Shown here piece by piece: positions 12,393 through 28,572 of a stretch of 64,000 nucleotides of DNA. The notes below the pieces were generated by a model, which saw nothing but the letters and a program-made list of their open reading frames with translations, did not search any database and was not told the DNA's origin. The DNA comes from the human T2T-CHM13v2.0 reference genome, Homo sapiens, in the NCBI RefSeq assembly GCF_009914755.1, contig NC_060947.1; one strand, given 5' to 3'. The position numbers and the translations under genes were made by a program. The number at the start of each line of letters is the position of its first letter. Position 1 is the stretch's first letter.

Positions 12393-14175
12393 GAAACTTA
12401 TTATTGGCTTCTGTTTCATATGGACCCAGAGAGCCCCACCAAACCTACGTCAAGATTAACAATGCTTAACCCATGAGCTCCATGTGCCTTTTGGATCTTT
12501 GCAACACTGAAGATTTGGAAGAAGCTATTAAACTATTTTGTGATGGCGTTTATCATTTTATATTTTGAAAGGATTATTTTGTAAGGAATAACTTTTAATA
12601 CTATAGTTTCACCTGTATTCTAGTAAATGTTGAGACACCGTTTTGCTTTTAAGTATCCCTATTTCTTAAGTTACGAGGATGAATACCTTTCACATTTTGA
12701 TCTTTAGTTGACTCTACAGTCATGAAACATACAGGTCTTTCAAAGTCATTCTCAATATTCAGCTTTTGTAAATTATCAAGCTTCAAAAAGCTTTTTTTTT
12801 AAAAAAAAAACATGCATATTCTAAAAATGACTATTGGTGGGGAGGTGTAAATAAGTCATACCTTCTTAAAACAGAAAATTTAAGTAAAGTCTTTTAAATG
12901 AAACCTGTAAAAGTATTGACTCTTCTACCAAGTTGGTATGATATTCCAGGCAGCTCAATGATTATCACATTTGAGACCCTGTGTTTGAAGCATTTACAGG
13001 CAATGTACAGCAACAGAGGTACCTCTTGGTGTATAGTATTTACATTCTCTTTTAGGTAGAAGAGGCAATTTTACCCTTATTTCACATGGTTAGAAATTTA
13101 AAGCAAGATCATTTACCCAAGGATAGGTGTTTGGTAATGTTGAAGGAGTTAGTCTGGCTTCATGTTTTACATCTTCAACTAAAATCCCATACTATCTGCT
13201 TGGATTTGGAGAGCCAAAAAATAAAGCTGATTGTCATGTGATTAAATATCTGATCAACAGGTATGAATATAACTTAAATCAGCATATTTTTGCCATGGTA
13301 ATAAATTGTCCTATAAACTATTTATATATTTTTGTTCTTCATAATTATCACTAATAAGCATCAGTTTGTTGTTTTTAAAAGGATATTTAAGTGAGCATTT
13401 TCTAGTTCATATGAAAATAACCATAGTACAGGATGATTTCTGTCCACACAAAGGTTAAATTAGATTGCACAGTTAATTTTCACTTATATTTATGGTACTA
13501 TTATGTGGGTGATGCCTTTTTCTTTTAAGCCCAGTACATATATTATGCCTGCCTAAGTTCTGAACTGGGGCTGTATTTCAGTAGTTGTAGAATTATTGAT
13601 ATTTAGTTTTGATAGCTAATGTTTAATTGTTTGGATCTGCACAGTTTGGTTTTTGCACAAAAGTCATTTAAAAAAATCTGAGTAATTGTCAAATATTAAA
13701 AGAAAGATATTCTTCCTGTAAGGAATACAGTTTTTAGTCAAAGTGGCCATTACATCCTCTTTTTAATTTACATAATACAGATACTTGAGAAAGTTGTTGT
13801 GGTGTTGTATGCCAAGAAAATTCTTTTTATTGGTGCCTATATTGTAACAATTATTTTTAATGCATTGTATTTTGAAGTAACGGTTCAGTTAAATTTTTCA
13901 CCTGCTGTGTAACTGAAACACAATTACAGTTTATAATCATCTGTAGAAGTCTGGAGATAATTTTGCAACTCATGTTATGGGTTAAATGAATATTTTTGTA
14001 AAAGTAAAAGCAACAAATTTATAAATTGATTATTTGAAACTTTACAACACAATTGCATCCCAAATACAAATTGTATTGCTTATTCATTATAGCTATTCGT
14101 CCTGTAATCTGTTTCTAGGTGAAGCATACTCCAGTGTTTTAGGGGTTTTGAAAATAAATATTTAAATTTCACAGT
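12393..14175 (+). other. STK26: STK26 3' UTR (~1.8 kb, AU-rich; end approximate)
   Basis: Follows the stop codon, free of obvious repeats, ends at AATAAA plus a GU-rich downstream element. Confidence 0.8.
14153..14158 (+). terminator. Polyadenylation signal AATAAA of STK26
   Basis: AATAAA followed ~20-30 nt later by tgtttgtttt. Confidence 0.75.
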
Positions 14176-15219
14176 CCTCAATGTTTGTTTTCCTTGAGTT
14201 GGGGGTGTGGTATGGGACTTCAAGGACTCCTTTGTCCTTTATTGTTCAAACACTAAAATCGAAATTTCTGTTGGAAACCAGAAGATACTTTTCACATTTC
14301 ATTAAGCATTAATTATAGCTACAATGAACATCTGTCCTGATTTCTAGGCCTCCTGTCTTGACCAAATTATTAATAAAGTCCCCTTTCACTTGAAAGTGTC
14401 CTGGGTTGAACAATAAATTATATGGTCACCCTAATTATTATATTATTAAGAGATCATATACAGATATAAACTTAGTAAAGATTTTTAGAAATTGATATGA
14501 GAAATAGCATTAACATAAAGGAGTTTAAGTTTTTCCTAGAGAAGAGGTTGAGGGTGAACTTAGCATTAAGGATCTAGGGTATTAATATGTATTAATATAT
14601 TAGTATATTAATTATATAATATCCTAATATTATACTATGTTATATTATTAAGCCCAGGTGATTGGGTTTCAATATATTCTTATTATTAGATAGCTACTCT
14701 AGACTTGTGAGTTACTGGATATGAGTCCAGAAGCAGACAAGAAAGTGCTAGGATGGAGGAAAGGGGTGGGATGAGGTATATTAAGAGGGATTTTTCTGAT
14801 GTAAAGTTTAGGAGAGTAAGGAAGCTATTCCATTAGTTTTTTCTCCTTTAAGTTATATATAAAAATAGCTTGCCTATAGAATTGCCTCCTTTCTTTGAAG
14901 TTAGTAGTAACATTATCTTGTAAATATGTTGGACTTTAAAATCAAACAAAATAAACTTCTCAAATAGAATGCTATACCTTCTAGGAGGACCATTAGAGAA
15001 GTTCTGAATGGGTCAAAAATGGAATTTTGGTTCATTAACTCACCCTGGTATTAGTACCATCCTTCTTTGTTTCAGCTACCCTTCAATTCTACTACTTTTC
15101 CTCTCCCTGACCATACATTTTCACTTGCCTCCCTCCTTTTCCATGTTCTGTAACTGTCCCTTTCCTTAGTAATAGGCCAGAACCAATCACTTCTGAAATT
15201 GATTAAAACAAAAGGAAGA

Positions 15220-16104
15220 ACATAGTTATAATTTATTTTTTAATTACCTGGATTTTCCATCACACTTTATTACAATAACATTCATTTCCTGGCCTGCATA
15301 CATGCAAGAAGCTATGACAAAAAATAAATTCTGGCAGGAAATATTAGATAAACAAACTGACCTGATAATGTTTCTCTTTTACTAGATATAGTAGATAAGA
15401 ATATAGAAGTTATAAGTAAAACAACATGATACTTTCATCTGGTTTATGTCTGGCTCTAGAAATTGATTTAATTCATGAATTTCCTAGGTTTAGAATTCTG
15501 CCAAGTCCTAGATTAATTCTAAACCTGTATTCTCTTGAGAGGATCTATGCCACCACCTCCTTCCTGAGGCTGTAGGAGGGCCATGCTCTGCTTTTATATG
15601 TTATAAAAATGGAAGTATTTAGCATATTACAAGACCATTTCTACTGGGCCCCACACAAATAGTAAAGACTGAAATATTTGTTCAGTGTTGTTTAAGAGCA
15701 CAAAGATCAACACAGTCACAATCTACTAAATCACTAAATGCCATTAGACGCTAATTCCATATGCCAACCCATACTGTCACCATTCTTCAGCATTGAAGAG
15801 CCTGACCTTCACTCACAATGTCTCTATGAGGAAGTATGCAGTGGAGATGACAAATACCCACCTTGCCTTGCCACAGTGCTGGTGAGGAGAGGGCATGTTC
15901 TAAAGTCCCTTCAGAGGTAATGGAAGAGTGAAACTCAAGGAATGAGGCAACAGCTGGATCTTTCATAAGGCAGGCATCCAAAATGAGATTTCCTTAATAC
16001 CAATGAATATGTAGTAACCAAGAAAATGGTTTCTACAACTTCATTATTTTCTGCCTAAGTCGGTAACATGGAACTGGCTCAGAAATGTCCATAGGTTCAC
16101 ACTT
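15220..16104 (-). other. FRMD7: FRMD7 3' UTR (~0.9 kb; end approximate)
   Basis: Lies between the stop codon at 16105 and the poly(A) signal cluster. Confidence 0.75.
15232..15271 (-). terminator. Cluster of polyadenylation signals for FRMD7 (AATAAA at 15266-15271 and 15232-15237, ATTAAA at 15239-15244)
   Basis: tttatt/tttaat on the + strand; U/GU-rich tract downstream on the - strand (~15204-15221). Confidence 0.7.
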
Positions 16105-17331
<1,227 letters not shown>

Positions 17332-17479
17332 CTAGGGTAGATAAATATATAAAGAAAGGGTAATAACTTCTACTACATCACAGTGCATGTGTTAAAAAGT
17401 ACATGTGACACTATTCTTTCTCAATGCCATCCTACTTCCAGACTCTGAGTGTATACACTACAAGCAGTTTGGTTTAATA

Positions 17480-17640
17480 GCTATATTAGTGAACCAGGAG
17501 TCCTGCCTGTTAGTCCTGGCTCTGTCTCTGATTTGCTGTGTGACCTTAGACAAGTCTCCTAACCTTGCTGCTCCAGCTTCCTCCCTATTTTCTGTAAAAT
17601 GGTGGGAGGAGGGCTATGAATGGTATGAGAGGTTCATATA
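17480..17640 (+). mobile_element. MIR SINE
   Basis: gtcctggctctg...tgctgtgtgaccttagacaagtc...ctgtaaaatgg core. Confidence 0.7.
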
Positions 17641-18238
17641 CTAAATGGCTCCTTTCATCATTATGCCTCTGATGCCTTTTGGATAAAAACTGCCAGTGAC
17701 TTGAAGGCATGAGGGTTTATGAGACCTATAATTATTTTTTTAGGGAGAGTAAAAGAAAAATAATTCACAATTTTCATACTAAAAATGTCAAAGGAAGCCA
17801 TCATCTCACAGTTCCAAGGGAACAACACTTTGTCCTTAAGTTACAAAATTACACAGGAAAAATACTCTAAAACTTTAACCCAAGACCTTATACCTTCCTC
17901 TACACTTTAAGATTTTCATAGGTAAAAAGATGGAGCTTTCAGTTTTGAAAATTCAAAGCCATTTGGATCTGCATTTTGCAAGATGTTAGCAACACAGGTT
18001 GCAATTTGAAGATGTGCCAGTTCTCTCCAGTCTATAAGGTACACACCAGTGGTAGTTTACTAAATGATCTTCTATTGGCAGGAAAGACTGAGCTGACAGA
18101 CCTCCCCAGGAAGCTAACCTACTCAAACAGAGTAACCTTTTTACACACTGGGATTCTGGCAGAATCAATTCATGGAAGCATTTGAAATTTGCACAAATTA
18201 CATTTATCTAAAGAAGTAGAAATTTTCAGAAACCTTAC

Positions 18239-18314
18239 TTGTTTTGACACATCAGAGAGGAGGTCTGGTGAGGACCTGCACTGTCGTTCATGGTACTGAG
18301 ATGGGTAATGTTTC
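18239..18314 (-). CDS. FRMD7: FRMD7 exon 11 (76 nt; [25 protein letters not shown])
   Basis: atttcag|GAAACAT...AAACAA|gtaagg. Confidence 0.95.
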
Positions 18315-18390
18315 CTGAAATCCCCAAGCAGAGAAGTCATTGAAATGACCTTCATGTGAATACCAGGATACATAGAAATCTCCAAATTCA

Positions 18391-18549
<159 letters not shown>

Positions 18550-18764
18550 CTACTAAAACTTGAAAGCCTCGTTTATTGTTGAAATCAAAAGACTAGATGA
18601 ATGACATATGTCATGAATCTTTGACCATCACAATGATAATACCCACTTATTCAAGGACCAGGCAGAGAACAACCTCAACTACTCAGAACGCAGGTAATTT
18701 TTAAAGGCCTCTGAACAGGGTTACATAACAGCTAAAAATTGTGGGCTTTAAAAATAATATACCT

Positions 18765-19060
18765 GGTCTGGGCATGGTGGCTCACACCTTAATCCCAGCC
18801 CTTTGGGAGGCTGAGGCAGGAGGATGACTCGAGCCCAGGAGTTTGAGACCAGCCTGGGCAACATAGTGAGACCTCATCTCTACAAAAATAATAAAAATTA
18901 CCCGGCCATGGTAGTGCATGCCTGTAGTCCCTACCACTTGGGAGGCTGAGGTGGGAGGATTGCTTGAGCCTGGGAGGCAAGGCTGCAGTGAGCGGAGATC
19001 ATGTCACTGCACTCCAGCCTGGGCAACACAGCGAGACCCTGTCTCAAATAATAATAACAA
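18765..19060 (+). mobile_element. Alu (AluJ-like)
   Basis: Alu consensus with gagcccaggagtttgagaccagcctgggcaacatagtgagacc. Confidence 0.93.
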
Positions 19061-19285
19061 TATATTTCCCTTTAAAGGCTTTTCCTCTACCTCCAAATCA
19101 GAGTCAACTGACTGATTTTCCATACTACTTTCAATGAGGTTACTTATCTGGTTTCCCAGTCCACAGCAGAAGAAAAGCAGCTAAATGAACAGTAGAAGAG
19201 GATTGTTCTAGTTAGGCATACACTAACAAAGAAAGTCAGATCACAGCCGGGAGAAACATAAAAATCAAAAAAAATCACAAGAATT

Positions 19286-19605
19286 AGCCAGGCACCATGG
19301 CTCACACCTGTAATTCGAGCACTTTGGGAGGCCAAGGCTGGTGGATTACAAGGTCAGGGGTCCAAGATCAGCCTGGCCAAGATGGTGAAACCCCGTCTCT
19401 ACCAAAAATACAAAAATTAGCCGGGTGTGGTGGCCCGCGCCTGTAATTCCAGCTACTTGGGAGGCTAAGGCAGAGAATTGCTTGAACATGGGAGGCGGAG
19501 ATTGCAGTGAGCCGAGATCGCGCCACTGCACTCCAGCCTGGGTGACAGAGCAAGACTCCATCTCAAAACAAAACAAAACAAAACAAACAACAACAACAAA
19601 AAAAA
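19286..19605 (+). mobile_element. Alu (AluS-like) with (CAAAA)n tail
   Basis: Alu consensus; TSD-like cacaagaat on both sides. Confidence 0.93.
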
Positions 19606-20003
19606 ACACAAGAATAATAAAGTCTAAAGAGTCTGGATGATTTATCACCTAAGTACAGGGCCTTGACATGCATCCCCTGCCCTGAGGCCATTATTGCACT
19701 ACAGCTGCCTGCAAAAGATCATATGTGATGTTTATAATAACTCAGGTCATTAAGAAAGGGGCAAAATATGCTCAGTATCATCTATTTAAGAAGGCAGGGA
19801 TTCATAGAATACAGACTGGAAAGATTCAATCAGAAATATGTAAGTTTTAACAGATCTTAATTTTTACTGGGGTAGGATATCACTCTTTGGAAAAAATCCT
19901 GTATGGGGAAGCTTTTAATCAGAATTTTGTACCTAGCTAAAAGTTTTGAAAACTTCCTCCAACGGATTCCTAGGCTGACGTATTCAAGTAAAGACAAGAT
20001 CTT

Positions 20004-20116
20004 TTTTTTTATTTTATTATTATTATACTTTAAGTTTTAGGGTACATGTGCACAACGTGCAGGTTTGTTACATATGTATGCATGTACCATGTTGGTGTGC
20101 TGCAACCATTAACTCG
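20004..20116 (-). mobile_element. Severely 5'-truncated L1PA insertion (~113 bp) with 14-bp TSD
   Basis: L1PA 3' terminus tactttaagttttagggtacatgtgcacaacgtgcagg...; TSD aaagacaagatctt at 19990-20003 and 20117-20130. Confidence 0.92.
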
Positions 20117-20594
20117 AAAGACAAGATCTTAACCCAACCTTGCTTCAATTCCTCCAAAGTGTGACCTGTAGTGAGGATTCTCTAGTGGCATATTGTTCAA
20201 TCTTCTAAATCTCTTATCCCCTCCAGTGCTTTCTCATGCTAGCTTTTACAACCCAAAGGATGCTGTTGAGCTTTTTCTTTCCATGGTTTGCATATAAGTT
20301 AAATATAGGAGAAACAATGGGTTTATAGAACATGTATTCTCAAACTGCACACATCCGCCCATCCTTGCTGAGACTCTGATCCTACCCCTTAGGTAAGGTG
20401 CCCCCATCTTCCTCCCTCCTAGTTAGAAAACATTGACTTAATGTGTCATACAGAGAATGAGCAGGAAAGGGTGCAATCTTTGATGTGATTGAAATGGATT
20501 CTTTGTTGCTTCTAGAATGTGAACTCCTCCTAAGCCTCCTGTGTTATTGAAAAGAAGCAGTGTGAGCAGTTTGCCTATGTGCATTGTTTAATTA

Positions 20595-20813
<219 letters not shown>

Positions 20814-21194
20814 TCAAATCCCAATGCCTTCCAAACTATTGCTCCGTTGGCCCATGCAGCTTCTGATTTTCCACTTGGCTCCCTGTAGGTTTCACACCTG
20901 CTGAAACCTAATGATTGGCAACCTTGCGAGGAATAGACAGGGCCACTGCTCACAAACAGAGCCTTCTCTAAGAAGCAAATATTGCTTTGCACACTCCCCT
21001 CACCTTAAATACCTTTTTTACTCACTCTTCTCTGCCAGAAACATTTTTATGAAGTAAATTAGATTAAAATCATGTCAAAGGGCATCTTTTCAAGGTGAGA
21101 AGTTATAAATGACCAACAGGAAACAGGAGGGAGGAGAAGATTTCCTTATAGATGGAAGGGTTTATAAGATGATTACATGTACATAAGTCTGTTG

Positions 21195-21490
21195 TTTTCT
21201 TGAGACAAGGTGTCACTCTGTTGCCCAGGCTGAAGTGCAGTGGCATGATCATCACTCACTATAACCTCAAACTCCTGGGCTCAAGCAGTCTTCCTGACTC
21301 AGCCTCCTGAATAGCTAGAACTACAGGCATGTGCCACCATACCCGCTTAATTTCTTTGTAGTTTTTTTTGTTGAGATGGGATCTTGCTATGTTGCCCAGG
21401 TTGGTCTCAAACTCCTGAACTCAAGTGATCCTTCCACCTCAACCTCTTAAAGCACTGGGATTATGAACGCAAGCCACTACACTCAGTCCA
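21195..21490 (-). mobile_element. Alu (AluJ-like)
   Basis: Diverged antisense Alu consensus. Confidence 0.9.
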
Positions 21491-21916
21491 TGAGTCTTTT
21501 TAGTGTAACAGTTAGAAACACTTTTTCCTCTATAGGTTGTCTTGTACAATGCTCTATATTGCTCATCTAGCATATTCTAATCTTGGCTTTCCAGACCTAA
21601 AGTTCGAGTTTTCCCCATCTCCTGACACTATATGTACCCCTCACATGGCATGTTTGCAGCCCTGTTTTCAGCAGCCCCATCAACCCACTGCACTGACCCC
21701 ACTTCTCTCATTCCTTTCCAGGTTCCTGCATGTAGCCTCTGGGGCTCTCCATGAGCTTCACACTAAGTCCAGTTTCTTGAACTGCTCAATGAACACTTTT
21801 CTATAAGGTCAAGATGCAGAGAATAAAATCCAAACTGCTGGATCTTCAGTAGGTCAAAAATTAGTTGATACACACTTTTTATTTTCTTTATGGTCATAAG
21901 AAAATTCCTTTCTAGA

Positions 21917-22207
21917 CTAAGTGGCTCATGCCTGGTAACGTCAGCACTTTGGGAGGCCAGAGTAAGAGGATCATTTGAGGCCAGGAGTTTGAGACCAGCC
22001 TGGGCAACATAGTGAGACCTTGTCTCTACAAAATATGTTTTAAAAATTAGCGAAGTGTGGTGGCACATGCCTGTAGTCCTAGCTACTCAAAAGGCTGAGG
22101 CGGTAGGATCACTTGAGCCCAGGACGTTGAGGCTGCTCTGAGCTACATGTCACCACTCCACTTCAGTGTGGGCAACAGTGTGACCCTATCTCTAGAATAA
22201 AAAAAGA
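21917..22207 (+). mobile_element. Alu (AluJ-like)
   Basis: Diverged Alu consensus. Confidence 0.9.
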
Positions 22208-22554
22208 AGATCATTTCTAGCACCTTTGTCTCACCCTTTACTATGCAACCTTGCCCAAAAACTGTTTATTTTGCTTACGTGTATACCTGACTCCCACATC
22301 CTGCTTGTTTTTGGCATATACTAGGTGTTCAATAATTTTTGCTTAAGGAAAGTAATTGAAGATACTTTATAAAATGGAACAGATAACATCATATGAATGT
22401 ATTCTTAGTCCTAGATCTGGTCACTCCCATTTGACTTATCAAATCCCTAAAAAGCAGTTTCCAGGGAGACTTGCCTTTCAGCCGAGCTGCCCCATTTTCC
22501 TATTACTTTGTTAACTCTAAACTGCCAATCAGATTTCTTAGTGTTTTGCCTTTA

Positions 22555-22818
<264 letters not shown>

Positions 22819-23780
22819 CTACAATGAAAAATGTGGCAGATTTCAGAATGTATTAACAAGAGTTGGCTTGTAAGACAGTGCAAACCTGATAGAAAATGCA
22901 CTTAATGAGAGGGACCGCCCTTGACCCATCTCTTGCACAGATTGATCCTGCTGCACTGGGTAGGAGCTGTGGTCAAAGAAGGCATTTCAGGTGGGATACA
23001 AGGATGCTCTGGAATGCAAGCAAGAAGGGGTATGCCTAGGGAAGTTTTCTGGCCAGCACAGGGAGATCACAAGAGGAAAGGATTACTACAATAGCTTTTC
23101 TAATCTCGCCCCTTTCCCATGTTTCCCGATTCATCTGCTAAAAACAATGTCCTCTTTCTCCTGACACCCCAATAGCTCAAACACCTTCAATAGCTCCTCA
23201 CTGCCCACATCACATCATGGCCATATCTTGCTGCCTCATCTATATTGAATATATAACCTTTGTTCCCACTAATTCCAAAACACCCTTTCATCTAACTCTA
23301 TACCTCTCTCCTGCAGTCTCCTCATTTTCCTTGCCCACAATGCCTTCCACATAGTCAAGCCTTCTTGCCAGCTCTGACAGACCCTTCTCTAGGCTATTCT
23401 GTTTAATTACTGCAGCCTACACCCATTTCCAACTCCTCTAAACTCCCTTGGCTTTCCTGGTCGGTCCAACCAGCTTTGCTTTTTTGCTTATTTGTTGTTT
23501 GTTCAACAGGTAATCTATTCGCGTGGTCTGAAAATCAGAGGTATACAAAAAGATATATATAGAAAGAAGTCTCACTCCCACCACTGTCACCCCTATTTCT
23601 GTCCCCATCTATCCATTCCCTGCAGTTAACTATGTTTATTAGTTTGTCATGTATACTTTTCATGCAACTACAAGTAAATATGATTGACCATTTCCCTTTC
23701 TGGCTGGTGATAATACTGAGGGGTGAGATCACCTTGGGAAAGGACACCCAAGTTTGAGCCAAGATAACCACCCCTCACTA

Positions 23781-23978
<198 letters not shown>

Positions 23979-24151
23979 TTATGAGCCTAATAAATGCCTC
24001 AAGAATGACATTTCCACCCTGAGAGCTCCATGAGGATCTCAGCGTTTCATGGAGCCTGAAACTTCTCAGGTTTAAGGGCTTGCTCTTAAGAGTCTGTCCC
24101 CAATTTTAGTGTTCTCTACTGGGGGAAGCAGGTGCCAGCTGAAAGTACTTA

Positions 24152-24292
<141 letters not shown>

Positions 24293-24609
24293 TCACATTA
24301 CCTTTGAGGAACTTAGCAATGGAGCATCCAGCATACCCTTGTCCTCCATCAAACAGCCCCTTCTTTGTAGCCAATGCAGTCCAAAGCCTCCAACCCCATG
24401 CTTTATGTATATTTATGTTTCTATAGGGGTGTGTGTGTTTGGGGGGGGCAATTGGCTCTTTTTCAATTTGGAAGCATTTCAGCCTTAGTATAGAAAGTCA
24501 CAGACCAAATATAGATCTTAGGGGCTCCAAGATCACAGTTGAACATTTTGTTAGATTTTTCTTCTACCATATTGTATATATGATCTCTCTTACTTTCAAT
24601 CAGCCACTG

Positions 24610-25025
24610 GTATAGGTGGAACTATGTCCCCACCCTCTGCCAAGTTCATATGTTGGAGTCCTAATTCCAGTAGCAGAGAATGTGACTATATTTGGAGATA
24701 GAGCTTTTAGGAGGTGATTGAGGTGAAATGACTCCATCAAGGCAAGCCTTAAACCAATCTGACTGGTATCCTTATAAGAAGAAGAAATTTGGACACACAG
24801 AGAGACACCAGGGATGTGAGTACACAGAAAAAAAGACCAAGTGATAACACAACAAGAAGGCAGCCATCTGCTAGCCAAGGAGAAAGGCCTCAGGAAAAAA
24901 AAAAAAACAACTGCTGACAGCTTATCTTGGACACGAAGCCTCCAGAATTGTGGAACATACATTTCTGGCATTTAAGCCATTCAGTCTCTGGTATTTTGTT
25001 ATGGCAGCCCTAGCAAACTAGTACA
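24610..25025 (+). mobile_element. ERVL-MaLR solo LTR (MLT1-type)
   Basis: gaatgtgactatatttggagatag...tggtattttgttatggcagccctagcaaacta. Confidence 0.85.
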
Positions 25026-26472
25026 GCCATCCAACCCCACTCCATCCTGATCATATATTATCAAGAAAGAGGAATATAAATGCCAACGACATTGCAAGCC
25101 AATTCATCACTCTGTACATTGGGAGTCTAGTAAATCCCCAGCTATCTGAAATCCCCAATAGATGAATCATCCTGAAAATCATTCTGGCTTTTCCAAATAG
25201 CTAGCAGTTTATCTATGATCATAATTTGCTCTTTTCTAGATGCCTCCAGTTTATTTTTATGAAACATCTATTACAGCACTATGTCTACAAAGGCATTTAG
25301 GACTATGTGCCCTTAACCTTAATTGCCTCAGATTGTTTTGATTTTTGGATTCTTTTTTCTTCTTTATAATTTGTATGCCTTTTTCCTCTCTGTCAGATTT
25401 ATATGAATCATTTCCTGGTCACTGACTTCCCCTGAAGTCAAACTTTAGAATACTTGGTTCTAAAGTGAGACTTCTAGTCTAACATAAAATGAGAAAGCAA
25501 ATATCCAAACCTGTTAGCATTCTATATACTGTAAGAGTAAATAGACTCTCCATGGAATCCTATGGTGCTCTTCTATTGGATAAGATACATGGACAATAGG
25601 ATACCTATTTTGAGTGCTGGAGGGCTGTTTTTTTTCTCTTCTTTCTTGGTTTTCCATTTGTGTTTTAGACAGGTGGGTGTATATCTGTATTTCAAAAATC
25701 ACAATATAATAAAAATCTCCATATAATAAACATTTTTTAAAAGACCAAAGAAATGGCTCATTGATTAATTTTTTTTGCCAATACTGATAAATGTACAAAT
25801 CACATTGAAACCCAATAAGGCTCTGATGGTTTCACTGACTAATTCTATCAAATATTCAAAGAAGAAATAAATACCAATTCTTCACAAACTCTCCCAGAAA
25901 ATAGAGGAGTAGATACTTAGCAACATATTCTATGAGGTCAATATTACCCTGATACCAAAACGGGACAAAAACATCATAAGAAATGAAGACTACAGGTCAA
26001 CATTCCTCATGAATACAGAGGCAAAAATTCTGAACAAAACACTAGTAACCTGAATTCAGCAGCATATGAAAAGGATTATACACAATGAGTTGAATTTATC
26101 TCAGGATTGCAAGGTCAGTTTGACATATGAAAACCAATGACTATAATACACTATGATAATAGAATAAAGGACAAAAAAAAAATAACCCGCACATTATCTT
26201 CTCAAGAGATGGAGAAAAAGCATTGCACAAAGTCTAATACCCACTCACAATCAACAAAACAAAACAAAACACTTAACAAACAAGGAATATACCAAATGGT
26301 GAGAAACTAAATGCTTTCACTTAAGATCAGAAATCAGGTAAAGATATCAAGTGCCTGCCACATCTATTCAACATTGTACTGATGGTTCTAGTCAGTGCAG
26401 TCAGGCAAGAAGAAGAAACATAAAGAATTTGCACTGAAAAGAAGGTGGTAGAACTGTCTTTACTTGCACTCA

Positions 26473-26837
<365 letters not shown>

Positions 26838-28328
26838 CTATGAAAAACTACTAGAACTAATAAATGAGTTCAGCAAGGTAGCATGATAGAAGATCAATAT
26901 ATAAAAAGCAATTGTATTTATATATACTAGCAATGAATAATCTAAAAATGATATTTTAAAAAGTTCCATTTACAATAGCATCAAAAAAGAATAAAATACA
27001 GAGGAATGAATTTAATAAAAGAAGTGTAAGGCTTACACACTGAAAAGTACAAAATGCTGCCAAGGGAAATTTTTAAAAGATCTATATAAATGAAGAGATA
27101 GTTCATGTTCACAGACAAGAAGATTCAATATTGTTATGGTGGCAATTTTTTCAAAAAATAATCTATAAATTCAATGCAATCCCCATCAAAATCCCAGTAG
27201 GCTTTTAAAAATAGAAATTGACAAATGACCTTAAAATTTACATGGAAATGCACAGATCTCAGAATAACCAAACTATTTTGAAAAAGAACAAAGTTGGGCA
27301 ATGTGTACACTTCCTTATTTCAAAGCTTACCTCAAAGCTACAGTAATTAAGACAGTGTGGTAATGGCATAAGAATAGAAATATAGATCAATGGAACATAA
27401 GTGAGAGTACAGAAGTAACTCCTTACATTTATGGTCAATTGGTTTTTGACAAATGTGCCAAGACAATTCAATGAAGAAAAATAATATTCTTTTCAACAAA
27501 TGTTGCTAGGACAAATGGACATCCACACACAAAAATATGAAGTCGGACCCCTACCTCACACTATACTCCATGCAAGCGTACAAAAAAATAGCTCAAAATG
27601 GATCATAGATCTAACTATAAGAGGTAAATTTATAAAAGTTCTAGGAGAAAATCTTTTTGACCTTAAGTTAGGCAAAGAGTTCTTAGATACAACACCGAAA
27701 GAATGATCCACTAAAACTACACAGAAAGTGAAATTCCATCAAATTTTAAAACTGTTGTACTTCAAAAGATATCCTTACAAAATGAAAAGACAAGCCACAG
27801 ATTAGAAGAGAAAATTGCAAATTGTATATCTTATAAAGACTTTTAATCAGAATTTATAAAACCCTCTTAAAACTCAATAATAATATAAAAACTCATTTAA
27901 AAATGGGCAAAAGATTTGACTAGGCATTTTACCAAAGAAAACATTGGAATAAGCACATGAAACTGTGCTCAACATCGTTAGTCATTAGGAAAATGCTAAT
28001 TAAAATTGCAGTGAGATACTTTATACCCATTAGAATGGTCATAATCAAAAAGATATACAATACCAAGTGTTAGTGAAGGTATGAAGAAGTCAAAAACCTT
28101 GTACATTTCTAATGTTATTGTAACAATTTGAATTGGCAGTTTCTGAAAATGTTCAATATAAATATATCATAAGACCTAGCAATTACACTCCTTGGAATGT
28201 ACCCAAAAGAAATGAAGACTTGTATCCACAAGAACACTTGTGTGCCAATGCTTATAGCATTATTCATAATAGCTAAACTGGAAGAAAATCCAAATGTCCA
28301 CGACCAGGTGAATAGATAAACAAAATGT

Positions 28329-28572
28329 GGCTGGGCGCAGTGGCTCACTCCTGTAATCCCAAGCACTTTGGGAGGCCAAAGTGGGTGGATCATGAGGTCA
28401 GGAGTTCGAGACCAGCCTGACCAACATGGTGAAACCCTGTCTCTACTAAAAATACAAAAATTAGCCGGGCGTGGTGGTGCCTGCCTGTAATCCCAGCTAC
28501 TCAGGAGGCTGAGGCAGGAGAATTGCTTGAACCCGGGAGGTGGAGGCTGCAGTGAGCATCTCAAAAAAAAAA
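28329..28572 (+). mobile_element. Alu (AluS-like) with right-arm internal deletion, nested in L1
   Basis: Consensus jumps from gcagtgagc directly to atctcaaaa. Confidence 0.92.

Noticed and set aside
14580-14700. AT-rich quasi-palindromic stretch as a PATRR-like cruciform
   Set aside because: Short and without long perfect arms; low-complexity AT DNA self-pairs by chance.
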